In this document: piece after piece, positions 1-9,176 of the stretch
Layout of the letters: each line of letters begins with the position of its first letter
How positions within the stretch are numbered: position 1 is the first letter of the stretch
The notes under the pieces: model-generated
Database searches by the model: none
Told to the model about the DNA's origin: nothing
The model's input: the letters and a program-made list of their open reading frames with translations, nothing else
Made by a program: the position numbers and the translations under genes
Origin: a virus
Taxonomy: Duplodnaviria > Caudoviricetes
IMG/VR virus record: IMGVR_UViG_2892966740_000006
Span: 1 to 64,000 of that record
Direction: 5' to 3' (one strand)
Length of the DNA stretch: 64,000 nt

Positions 1-5
1 ACGAC

Positions 6-34
6 TTGCGTTAGCTTGGTGGCCTAGGTATATT
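6..34 (+). promoter_or_regulatory. sigma70 promoter of tRNA-Thr
   Basis: TTGCGT-17bp-TATATT followed by a GC-rich discriminator, 11 nt before the tRNA. Confidence 0.6.
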
Positions 35-45
35 ACGCGCCTATC

Positions 46-121
46 GCCGGTGTAGCTCAGTTGGTAGAGCAGCTGACTTGTAATCAGAAGGTCGGGGGTT
101 CGACTCCTCTCTCCGGCACCA
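46..121 (+). tRNA. tRNA-Thr(UGU); probable integration site of the lambdoid prophage
   Basis: 76-nt cloverleaf GCCGGTG...TTCGA...CCGGCACCA, anticodon loop CTTGTAA; the integrase 3' end lies 87 bp downstream. Confidence 0.95.
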
Positions 122-127
122 ATACAG

Positions 128-157
128 ACGGGCCTTGCAGCTATGCAAGGCCCGTTT
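128..157 (+). terminator. hairpin terminator after the tRNA
   Basis: 12-bp stem ACGGGCCTTGCA/TGCAAGGCCCGT. Confidence 0.7.
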
Positions 158-179
158 CACATTCATGGTTTTAGAAAAA

Positions 180-201
180 TATTAGACAGTGCTGTCTAAT
201 A
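180..201. repeat. palindrome in the att arm (possible Int/Xis site or integrase terminator)
   Basis: TATTAGACAG-TG-CTGTCTAATA between the tRNA and the integrase stop. Confidence 0.4.
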
Positions 202-207
202 TAAACA

Positions 208-310
208 CTACTTCACGGCCTTTCCCTTGCGAATACTTCGCCTGTCATAGACCTTGTGAAGCGTTGTGTCGTCGGCATGGCCAGTTGTATTTTTTGCATC
301 CTCGCCTTGC
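208..310 (-). pseudogene. int: stranded C-terminal fragment of the lambdoid tyrosine integrase
   Basis: Reads (E)QGEDAKNTTGHADDTTLHKVYDRRSIRKGKAVK*; joins in frame to DLRAKGATDLLEQ at 41631 when the Mu-like element and one CTTGC are removed. Confidence 0.95.
306..310. repeat. 5-bp target-site duplication CTTGC (second copy 41631..41635)
   Basis: CTTGC|TGTAAC at one junction and ACCACA|CTTGC at the other. Confidence 0.95.
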
Positions 311-400
311 TGTAACGTTGCGAATTGATTTGCACAGTTTAGCGCGGGCTTTTGCACTGCCCAACACGGCTAACCAGTGCAAATAACCCGCAAAAATACC
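311..400. repeat. Mu-like right end with probable transposase-binding repeats
   Basis: TTTGCAC / GTGCAAA repeated near the end; similar TGCA-containing motifs at 41448..41612. Confidence 0.55.
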
Positions 401-417
401 GGCTTTTAACCCTCCCC

Positions 418-870
418 CTACTCAATCAGACTGGCCGCGACAAACAGCGCATCCAGCTGCTTATCCGTCAGCCCTAGCTGCTGACCAACCCCGGTGATAA
501 ACGGGCTGTACCGTTTGAACGTCTGGGCATCCTGCCAAGCCAGCTTCAGCATCATGTCCGTTCCCTCGGCGGCAATGAATGCTTCCACCTTGTCCAGTAG
601 CCCAGCCTGGTAAAGCGCACCACGCGCTTGAAAGCGGGTGACTTCCTGCGGAATAGCCGGTGCCGGGTCTGGCACGACCTCCGATTTGATTGGCCGTTCC
701 GGCAGCACCACCCACTGGCCGTTCTGGTACTTGGCCACCTCGCTCCCCGATATTGGTGGTACCGGCGTTAGTGTCGAGTAGTGCGGGAGCGGCCCAGTCG
801 GGTCAAGCTGTTCAACATGGTCAAACAGCCAGTCAGAACCACAGACGTAAACACTGATCAGGTCGGCCAT
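418..870 (-). CDS. tail fibre assembly-like protein
   Basis: Follows the fibre gene; P..ST..P.P and VT.FQAR.AL...GLL motifs. Confidence 0.65.
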   Translation of the reverse strand: MADLISVYVCGSDWLFDHVEQLDPTGPLPHYSTLTPVPPISGSEVAKYQNGQWVVLPERPIKSEVVPDPAPAIPQEVTRFQARGALYQAGLLDKVEAFIAAEGTDMMLKLAWQDAQTFKRYSPFITGVGQQLGLTDKQLDALFVAASLIE

Positions 871-872
871 GG

Positions 873-2021
873 TTAAGTCCTCACGTAAGCTTTGAGCTGG
901 CTGATACGGCCATCCAGCGCGTCGATGTCAGGGACGACAAACTGGGTCCCGGTGTCGTAGCTGTAACGCGGCCCATCAGGGGATATGCCGTAAACCACGC
1001 CAGATGCAGGTAAAACAACGACCATCCCCCCGCCAAACGCCGCGCTGTTGCATGTAAAGGCGGCGGGTTGTGTGTGCTTACTCCACACGATTCCGTCGGT
1101 AGACGTGGCCGCGAAGTAACCGGATGCGTTAAAAGCCGCGAAGTAACCGTTACAGAAAATAACCACGCCGATTGACGAAATATACGGGAGGTATCCCCCG
1201 GTCCAGTGCTGCCCGTCCGCCGAGACGGCAAAGCCTGACGAGCCTACCGCCACAAAGACGCCGTTTCCATAGGCGATGCTGGTCCAGCTTGCATTGACCG
1301 GCAGTGTGCCGCCGAATGTCCACGTCACCCCGTCCGGGGAAGTGGCGCACACGGTATTGTTAGTCATTGCTACCGCGACGAAGACGCCGTTTCCGTAGGT
1401 CAGTGCTGACCAGTTGGCCGATATGCCTATCGCCCGCTGCGTCCACGTCACCCCGTCTGGCGACGTGGCAGCAATCGACGTGTTATTGGCAAGCGCGACA
1501 AAGACACCGTTACCGAACGCTACCGCCTTCCAATAGCTGTTCGGCATCGTATGTGTTGTCCATGTCATACCGTCAGAAGACGTGGCCATGGTCGCCGTGC
1601 CGTTAGCGACGGCGACAAAAACTCCATTCCCGTAGGCGACTGAATCCCATGATGCCGTCGCGCCCATGGACCGTTTAGTCCAGTTGATGCCATCCGGTGA
1701 GCTGTAGCTGTATAGGCCGCTACCTGCTGCCAGCGCAACAAACATGCCGTTACCAAAGGCGACAGCCATCCAGTTCGAGGTCGGCAGGATTTGGGGAACG
1801 AGATCACCCAAGTTGCTGGTTGGAATAGTACCCAGCTTCCCGTACAACGCCGGATAGCTGCTTTGCAGGTAGGCCGAGCCATCGCATGGCAGCCAGTCAG
1901 GTCCGGGGGCATCGGCAGCGTAGAGAATGTCGCCCGTCTTGCTAGAGCCACGGTTAAACAGGCTTTTGATGTCAGCTCCAATCGCGCCGAGGGAAGACTG
2001 AATGTTCGCAAGCAGCGACAT
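873..2021 (-). CDS. tail fibre/receptor-binding protein (tail-collar motif plus beta-propeller repeats)
   Basis: WLPCDGS.Y.QSSYPALY collar motif; about 7 repeats of W..VAYGNGVFVA...TSPDG..WT. Confidence 0.8.
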   Translation of the reverse strand: MSLLANIQSSLGAIGADIKSLFNRGSSKTGDILYAADAPGPDWLPCDGSAYLQSSYPALYGKLGTIPTSNLGDLVPQILPTSNWMAVAFGNGMFVALAAGSGLYSYSSPDGINWTKRSMGATASWDSVAYGNGVFVAVANGTATMATSSDGMTWTTHTMPNSYWKAVAFGNGVFVALANNTSIAATSPDGVTWTQRAIGISANWSALTYGNGVFVAVAMTNNTVCATSPDGVTWTFGGTLPVNASWTSIAYGNGVFVAVGSSGFAVSADGQHWTGGYLPYISSIGVVIFCNGYFAAFNASGYFAATSTDGIVWSKHTQPAAFTCNSAAFGGGMVVVLPASGVVYGISPDGPRYSYDTGTQFVVPDIDALDGRISQLKAYVRT

Positions 2022-2033
2022 ACGGCAGCCCTC

Positions 2034-2507
2034 TTATGCCTTGGCGGCGTTGTAGATGGCAACGAGGTCAATAGTCGGGTCACCCACGCCGATATTCTGG
2101 CACGCCTGCAACTGCTGGGCAGCAGTGAGCGTCTGGACATCAGCAAAGCTTACACGATTGCCTACAGCGGAAAGCAGGTTGGCCAAAGCGGTGTCATCAC
2201 CCCCCAACTTGGCTTCGATTTCCTTCAGCGTATCGTAGGCCGCGCTAGATCCGCCGAGGATATCTTCCTTCAGTTGAGCCAGCAGATCGGTGACCTTGCT
2301 GGACGAGTACGTGGATGCGGCCGATATAGCTGCATCGTTGATGCCAGTGGCTGATTGCAGGGCCAGCTGTAACTCATTAATGGCGTTGACAAGAGAGGTC
2401 TTCGCTGTGGTATTCAGTGCGGCAGGATTGCCAACAGCAGCCATCAAGGCTTTTACATCGGTGGCGAGCGCTTGTGCCAATGCAGAGAGTTTCACATCAA
2501 GTGTCAT
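2034..2507 (-). CDS. tail fibre adaptor/coiled-coil protein
   Basis: L.TTAKTSLV.AINE and AYDTLKEI motifs seen in phage fibre proteins. Confidence 0.6.
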   Translation of the reverse strand: MTLDVKLSALAQALATDVKALMAAVGNPAALNTTAKTSLVNAINELQLALQSATGINDAAISAASTYSSSKVTDLLAQLKEDILGGSSAAYDTLKEIEAKLGGDDTALANLLSAVGNRVSFADVQTLTAAQQLQACQNIGVGDPTIDLVAIYNAAKA

Positions 2508-2516
2508 GGTGGTTCC

Positions 2517-2702
2517 TTAGAGTTTCGCGATTTGGTAGATCAAAACAAGGTCGACATCGAATTCAGCAGTACCGGATTGGCCGGGCGGACCGGGTGGCCC
2601 CTGTTCTGCCGAGGTGGTGAGCACCTCGCGGTCGATAACCGTGGTTTCCAGCACCTCGACCTCGACGCTGGGCACCAGTTCGATGATTTCCGGATCGCTC
2701 AT
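2517..2702 (-). CDS. small tail protein with collagen-like GPPGPPG
   Basis: ORF with EQGPPGPPGQSG in the fibre operon. Confidence 0.55.
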   Translation of the reverse strand: MSDPEIIELVPSVEVEVLETTVIDREVLTTSAEQGPPGPPGQSGTAEFDVDLVLIYQIAKL

Positions 2703-3054
2703 GGCGCCAGCACTCCCGGTTTCACGACGATCGTCCCGGTCATGACAAGGTCCACGCGGCGTGGCTCGGGGCCGGGCCAGCGCACTCTCAGGTTGAAAAC
2801 GGCAGAACGCCGGGCGTAGGTTCGGGTGATGTCGGATTCGATGCGGAAAGTGAAGGTACTATCCGTGACGGTGATGCCAGTACCGGTGGTCAGGAACAAG
2901 AGCGTGTCCATGGACCCGGCATCGGCCTTAGCCACCAGTTCGAACTCGGCCCCGGTTAGATCGACAGGCTTACCGCCCGCCGTCCACTGCCAAGACTTCT
3001 CGAAGGTGCAGCCCGGGTAATCTCCAGTGGGTCGGGACGGGCATACGGTTTCAT
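2699..3054 (-). CDS. tail protein (apparent frameshift near 3015)
   Basis: MKPYARPDPLEI..GCTFEKSWQW..GKPVDLTGAE joins ORF 2699..2935. Confidence 0.6.
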
Positions 3055-3088
3055 GGGGTTCCTAAAGCAAAAACGCCGAACAAGGCGA

Positions 3089-3135
3089 ATTGTCCGGCGT
3101 CTGGTGGCTTCAGGGAGGTGGGAAGGGGTTCGGTA
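3089..3135 (-). promoter_or_regulatory. late promoter for the tail fibre operon (Mor/C activator box)
   Basis: TACCGAACCCCTTCC-26bp-GACAAT; one of four copies. Confidence 0.75.
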
Positions 3136-3247
3136 GATTAGTGACCGATCAAAACTATTGCTAAATCAATCATCTATTATGCATAATTTGATGGTCGCTA
3201 AGTCGTGAAGAATATATGCTCCTATATTCATAACTATTGGGCCACTA

Positions 3248-3642
3248 ATGAGCGCACCTTCAATTCAAAAAGAACACGCAGTTGAAACATACAAATCACT
3301 TATACAAATTTCCGTTGAGGGAATGAAATTACTTGCCGTTTTCAATGGAGGGGCGGCTGTTGCATTATTATCTTACCTGGGAATCTGGCAGGAAAAAATA
3401 TCCCAGTTCCAAATATGAAATGCTCCATGGGGTGCTTCTTGGCAGGGCTATTTTGTTGTGGCGCTTGTTTTATAACAAGTTACCTAACTCAGCTGAATTT
3501 ATATCAGGAATCTATGGAGTTCCATGAAAATAATTCCAAGACAAATCATGCGTGCATACTAAAAATTTCAATACTATTTGCTGTATTAAGTATTCTATTT
3601 TTCGCCATTGGCTCCTATAGTGCCGTTGTCAATTTTAAATAG
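3248..3642 (+). CDS. AT-rich moron: membrane protein (1-nt error near 3380)
   Basis: MSAPSIQKEHAVETYKSLIQISVEGMKLLAVFNGGAAVALLSYLG continues into ORF 3415..3642; three hydrophobic segments. Confidence 0.7.
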
Positions 3643-3658
3643 ATTCGGATAGATAATT

Positions 3659-3934
3659 ATGACATCAATGAAAACCATAAAAATATTTTTACTTACTGCA
3701 TGCATTGTCATTTCTGGCTGTGCGGCGATAGTTAAACCTATGACAACACCTGATGGTAAACAGGGGTTTCTTGTTTCGTGCGATGGTGCCGCAGATGACT
3801 GGAGTTCTTGCTATGAGGCGGCTACAAAGGCATGCCAAGGCCCATACAAACTTATTGATCGTAATGAAAGCGCCATCCCGTCGGCATACGGGCCAATTAT
3901 CAGAAGAAATTTAATTGCCGAATGTAAGCAGTAA
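3659..3934 (+). CDS. AT-rich moron: small lipoprotein
   Basis: Signal peptide with lipobox ISG-C; four further Cys. Confidence 0.75.
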   Translation: MTSMKTIKIFLLTACIVISGCAAIVKPMTTPDGKQGFLVSCDGAADDWSSCYEAATKACQGPYKLIDRNESAIPSAYGPIIRRNLIAECKQ

Positions 3935-3958
3935 CAAGTATGACGGCCATGGGCGCCC

Positions 3959-5260
3959 CTACACAAAAAACACACTCTGGTCGTTCGGGTTATCTGACAG
4001 GAAGATCCTGTCCGGGGAGATGGCCCGGACATAGCTGGCGTTGGCGTTCTTGCGCAGGATTTTGTCTTCGGGGATAACCTGCTGGGTGGTCAGGTCGTAG
4101 TAGACGTGGTGGTCGACATGGCTGGTTGACTCACTGATCGTCAGCGGCATGACATTCAGGGTGTGGCTGCCATCCGAAAAACTACCAGCGTTGATATCAC
4201 CGGTGCCGATATCAATGCCGATCAGGCTGTGCGTGATTTCCAGCGCCGGAAGGTCGAAGCTGTCCGTGCCGTACGGCAAGATTTCCCCGGTATCTTGCCG
4301 ACGCGACCAACCATCCTCTGCATTTTTCCGATGAAAATCAAACGAAATGGACCCGATTTTCTGGCTGAAGGTGTAGTCCTCCAGATAGTAGCCGTACTCG
4401 ACAATGTACGGCGTCCCCATCGGGTGGCCCGCCCCGTCAGAGGTCGGATACGTAAGCACTTCCCTGACTTTGACCATTTCGACGGTACCGGTTGTTCTGA
4501 CATAGAAGTCGACCGGTACGACGTTGCCCGCTTCACTCAGGGTATAGAGCGGCCCTTTGTAAAAATACGTCCATCCCCCTTCTTTTACGTCAACCTGCAC
4601 CCGTCCAAGCTGTTGAATCGTCATCGTCACGTCGTAGCGGGTCTTATTGATGCGGTACGGGTCACTGACATTGTCCGTACGGACCACGCTGGTCACGTTG
4701 ACCTGGTAGTAATAGCGCCGGGTGCTTCTCAACAAGGCCGTCTTTCCATCTTTTGAGGCCATGACCCACTCGTAGTCGCTGTCATCGTCCTCGGTCTTGG
4801 TGATGGTGCTATGAACCACGACGTTGGGCTGGTAGGTGTACTCCCGGTCATCGGCGTAGCCTCCCGCCCCAACCGTGAGTTTCAAGACTTCGCCGGGAGC
4901 GATGGGGTACAGCCAACAAAGCCATCCCCCACCAAGACGATGCTTGCCGCCATACACCGACATCTGCGGCCCGGATGTCCAGATATCGTTTCGGGCACCG
5001 GCCACGTTTTTAGGGGCGTTCGGTACCGTGGTGACATTCATGTACACGGGGCTGCCACCAGTAAGAAATCCACCATAATTATTCAGTTTGCAATCAAACG
5101 GATTGATGCCCTTCCATGGAAATGTTTGGCCGTCATCGCGGAACAGCGTACCGGTGGAACCAAACCCGGTGATGCTTGAATATGGGGCATCTTTGTCTGG
5201 GGTAACGACGACATACCCACCGCCAATGAATCCGTATTGGGTCGGCTGGTCGATCATCAT
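3959..5260 (-). CDS. putative tail tip/host-range protein
   Basis: 433-aa beta-rich ORF in the tail operon. Confidence 0.55.
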   Translation of the reverse strand: MMIDQPTQYGFIGGGYVVVTPDKDAPYSSITGFGSTGTLFRDDGQTFPWKGINPFDCKLNNYGGFLTGGSPVYMNVTTVPNAPKNVAGARNDIWTSGPQMSVYGGKHRLGGGWLCWLYPIAPGEVLKLTVGAGGYADDREYTYQPNVVVHSTITKTEDDDSDYEWVMASKDGKTALLRSTRRYYYQVNVTSVVRTDNVSDPYRINKTRYDVTMTIQQLGRVQVDVKEGGWTYFYKGPLYTLSEAGNVVPVDFYVRTTGTVEMVKVREVLTYPTSDGAGHPMGTPYIVEYGYYLEDYTFSQKIGSISFDFHRKNAEDGWSRRQDTGEILPYGTDSFDLPALEITHSLIGIDIGTGDINAGSFSDGSHTLNVMPLTISESTSHVDHHVYYDLTTQQVIPEDKILRKNANASYVRAISPDRIFLSDNPNDQSVFFV

Positions 5261-5622
5261 GCCCCCTGTTTGAAGGTGATGGTGACGGGTGAACCAGTGG
5301 GGTTTCCGCTGCTGTTTGACTCGGCAATGGTCAGGGTTTTGATCGGCACTGTTCCAATCCGGAACAGCCCGTCATGGGTAAAGTAAGGCGTGGTGTCGGT
5401 GGTGCTGTCGTAGAGCGTCCGGCCGGTTTCCACATACTTGGCCGCGAGGCCCGCCGACGTCTGGCCAGTCCCACTACCTTCCGTTGCCTTGCCACGAAAT
5501 ATCCCGCCGGGAATACCACCGGGGCCGCTGGCGGGCGGTAGGCCGGGGTCGGTCTTCTGGCTGGATTGCCGGGCCAGTGCCTGGGCGACTTCGGCCGCTT
5601 CTTGTGCGCTGAGTCTCGCCAT
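5257..5622 (-). CDS. tail protein
   Basis: ORF coupled within the tail operon. Confidence 0.55.
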   Translation of the reverse strand: MARLSAQEAAEVAQALARQSSQKTDPGLPPASGPGGIPGGIFRGKATEGSGTGQTSAGLAAKYVETGRTLYDSTTDTTPYFTHDGLFRIGTVPIKTLTIAESNSSGNPTGSPVTITFKQGA

Positions 5623-5624
5623 GG

Positions 5625-5983
5625 TTACACCTCGTAGATTTCGTTGCTGACCAGTGAAAGGTTGGCGTACTGGCCATCGTCCAGTCCGGCATCTTCAACC
5701 TGCAGCCACAGTGCTTGCATGCCGGACACCACTTGCCCGATGGCTACGCTGGCACCGCCATGGGCGAGTTCTGAGAGCGAGTTGGCCAGTCTGATCTGGC
5801 TGGCCGGGAGTCCGGGGCCGATGGCCTGCGCCGTCAGGGTGATGGTTTCACCACTGGGTGTCATGGCCACCTTGCTGCCATCGGTACCGACCCAGATCCG
5901 GGTAACAGTGCCACCGGCTAATGCCAGCTGGCAAGCGGCTGGTGACGCTCGGCGTCACGATAAAAGCCGAATGTCAGGCTCAT
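5625..5983 (-). CDS. tail protein (apparent frameshift)
   Basis: MSLTFGFYRDA.. start joins ORF 5625..5870. Confidence 0.55.
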
Positions 5984-8119
5984 GAGCGGAACTCCAGATG
6001 ATCGACAGGAATGGCCACGGACACGGTGTAGGCCAGTTCCCGCGAGACCGGGTCGGTGAGGTAGACCGGAATCTCCGGCACGGCGATGGCCACTTCATGG
6101 GGGTATTCCGAGGCGGCATCTCCACTAGCCCCCGTGGTATAGCCGGTGGTGCTGGTGCTGTACTGGCTGCGTCCCTCAAGGCAGGTGCCCAGATCCGCAC
6201 TATCCGCCCGGGACTGGCTGGGCAGCGCCTCCAGCTCCGGGCTTTTTAGCGGGTCGCTGTCGACGGTGCCAACACCGATCAGGCCCGAGATGGCCAGCTC
6301 GACGGCGGCCAGTGCACTACCCGCCGTCAGGTCGTAGGTTTCGGTCAGGCGGGCAATCTTGCCGCTGGTCAGCAGGTCGGGCCGGTCTACCGTGATTGCC
6401 CGCGAGGTGTCTAAAGCCGGGTTAATCGGCAGGCTGAATTTAACGCGGGTTAAACGGTGGGATTCCAGAATCTGGCGCCGGGCAATGGCAGCCAGTGTCT
6501 GGATGGCCAGATTGGCGTCCTCACGGGTGGCATCGGCCAGACTGGTGAGGTCGACCGAGGTGGTGCCCACTTCCGGCAGCATGGTGGTCGAGTCTGTCCA
6601 GGCCGAGGCGTCAAATGCACTGCCGAGCATCGATACTGGCGGTCTGCCCCTGTTTCTTCATCTCGCCCAGCGCGGCAATGCTGTCCGGTGCCGTCACGGT
6701 AATACGCCACCGCTCGGTCAGGGTCTGCACCACTCGCTTGGCGATGGCGATCACCGCAGACTCGCAGCGCGGATCGTCTTCGGGCTTGCCGGTGTAATCG
6801 TTGTTGTACTTCAGCACCGCCACGGCATCATCTGGCACCGTATCACCAGAATGGACGTTGCCACTGCTATCGACATATCCGACATAGTGGACACCACCCT
6901 GTAGCGGCGACGTATAGAACTCGGAGAGCAGTTTCCAACCACTGGAATCCACCGCTGACTTGAACAGCGACTTCTCCGGAAGCTTGTACGGCTTGCCGTT
7001 ATTCCCTTTGGCGTATTCGGCATAGCTCATACCCATAGCCCGGTATAGGTGCGGCGGTATTCGTGCAGGCGCGGATAGCGGTATTGCAGCGAGCAGTCGA
7101 CGACGCGCTCTTGCGCGGCCTGACCGATGATTGCCGTCCCTTTGCCATTCCGGGCCACCTGAAACGGCGTGCCCCACATCGTGCACTGGATGGTTCCATA
7201 CGTAAGGGTGACGCACGGGGTATAGCGGCCATCAGCCGGGGTTTCGTTACCTTGGCCGACCAGTGGCCCCCGGCGCTGTGGCAGTCAGGGTCTGGCCACC
7301 GACCTTCACCTTTACGGTCATACCGGGCGTGGCCACGCCGGTGATCGTCGGCTGGGTACTGGTGGTCAGGGTCTTGCCGTCCGACAGTTTGCAGATCGCC
7401 GTGGTACTGATGGTCTGGGGTGATTCATTGTCATTGGTGACCGGGTTGATCACCGACTTGTGGCTGCTGGGCTGAATCGATAGCGATTCATCGACGATAT
7501 CGCTCGGCATGCAGGGTCAGGCTGGACGCCAGCCCGGCCCATGGGGTCAGGCGCGGATTGCCGTAGACATCCAGATCATAGGCAGCGGGGATGGTAGATA
7601 ACCGGTCATTGGCGTATTGCAGGCTGTCGGCGTAGCGGGCAAACACATGTTGAGACCAGTAGCCGCCCAGCAGTGCCTCCAGCTCGGCCCGGCTGGCCAG
7701 AGCCAGCGATTCACTCCGCTGGTCACGGGCATGCAGGGTGACAAAGTCACGATCCCGGCCAAACTCGGGCGTGTCCACGATGCCGGTAAAGCGCCGCTGC
7801 CAGCTGGCCAGCACGTTCGGACGCATCTCGACCACCAGTGGCTTGCCAGTCAGGTCAGACAGGCGTTGCCCGGTCAGCAGCAGCTTGACCGTGGCGATAC
7901 GGGCGGCAGACTCCTCGGCCTCAATCACGACCTGCCCGGTCAGGTGGTCGGTGATGTCCTGGTCAGTGAGTAGAACACGGATATCCCAGATCGTGACAGC
8001 ATCCGGCTGGGTATGCGCGACGGTGACCACCAGCGGCAGCGAAACGGTTTCACCGGTGATGCTCTCTCCCCCGGCCGTACCGAATGGCGCCGGCCAAACG
8101 TCGTCAGGCCGAACATCAT
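5980..8119 (-). CDS. large tail hub/central protein with an Ig-like insert, broken into 4-5 ORFs by probable sequencing errors
   Basis: Collinear fragments 7488..8119, 7247..7510 (TQPTITGVATPG..VKV Ig-like), 6611..7216 and 5980..6630. Confidence 0.6.
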
Positions 8120-8756
8120 GAGACGACTCCAACGCTTCCCGATGCATCAAACCATACTGTTTCGCCAGATAGTTTTGTGGTTTGCAGTACGACATACCCA
8201 GCGGCAGTGTAGTAGCACAGAACAATCAGCCCGCTATCACCACTTTCTACTGCTTAAGCAGCTGAAAGCCAGAGCCGTCTGGATTCATCATATACGGGCT
8301 AAACCCGCCAATGCAGGCCCATGTCCCATTGTTGATGACATAGGTGATGCACTCGGGAGACCGGTTAGCCAGTAGCTGCATATCAGCGGCCATCAGCGGC
8401 AGGTATACCCGGCTTCCTGACGGAATCGTCATGCTGGCATCAGATACTGCACCGGTCGCCATGTCCGGCATGTCACCCCAGCGGATAACATCGCCTGCGG
8501 CATATAGTGAAAAGGGACGACGATAGGTTGTACCATCTTCGCTGTCCCACTCGATCACCACTGTGGCAGTGGTACCGGACAGCATTTTTAGCTGGGTATC
8601 CAGACCGATCCAGTCAGTCAGAACAGGACTGCTCATGCCGTTTGGCGTCCAGTCAGCTGCTAGCGTGGTTTCCCACCCATCCAGATAAATAGAACGTCCG
8701 CTAATAGCATGGGTGAGCGGGGAATAAGCATCATTCGGGAGCACAGTCGCCATCAT
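8116..8756 (-). CDS. tail protein; true end at 8116 after restoring GCCGGC at 8252
   Basis: GFQL-PA-VESGDSG...GVVS* ends overlapping the next ATG. Confidence 0.6.
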
Positions 8757-9175
8757 TCTTCCTCTATCGTTATGGTCCAGCCCCACGTGGCCGAGCGCGG
8801 GTCGGTGTCTTCCGTGATTTCCAGATAGCCGGTGAGCCGGGGCCAGTACACATACATGCCGTCGCGGATCACGCCGGGCACATCCGGGCGTTCGGAGACC
8901 GGGGTGCCAATGGGCACGGCGCGCGGAGCAACGCAGTCAATGGTGTGCACGATGCTCCGGTCCAGCCCGGCCAACGGGAGCGGCGCCCAGCCGGTACCTG
9001 ACAACTCGCTACGCATCTTTTGCCACCGGGATTGCAGATGGCCCCGGCCATTGCTCATGCGCGTCAGGGTGCGACCGCCAAGGGTCTCGTACCGCTGGGT
9101 GACTTTAACGACAGATTTAACCGGGATTAACACGCCGTCGATGCCGAATGTCAGGGCATAGTCGTGGACGTTCAT
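8753..9175 (-). CDS. distal tail-like protein
   Basis: First gene after the tape measure; Q.YE..GG....RMSNG motif. Confidence 0.6.
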   Translation of the reverse strand: MNVHDYALTFGIDGVLIPVKSVVKVTQRYETLGGRTLTRMSNGRGHLQSRWQKMRSELSGTGWAPLPLAGLDRSIVHTIDCVAPRAVPIGTPVSERPDVPGVIRDGMYVYWPRLTGYLEITEDTDPRSATWGWTITIEEE

Positions 9176-9176
9176 A

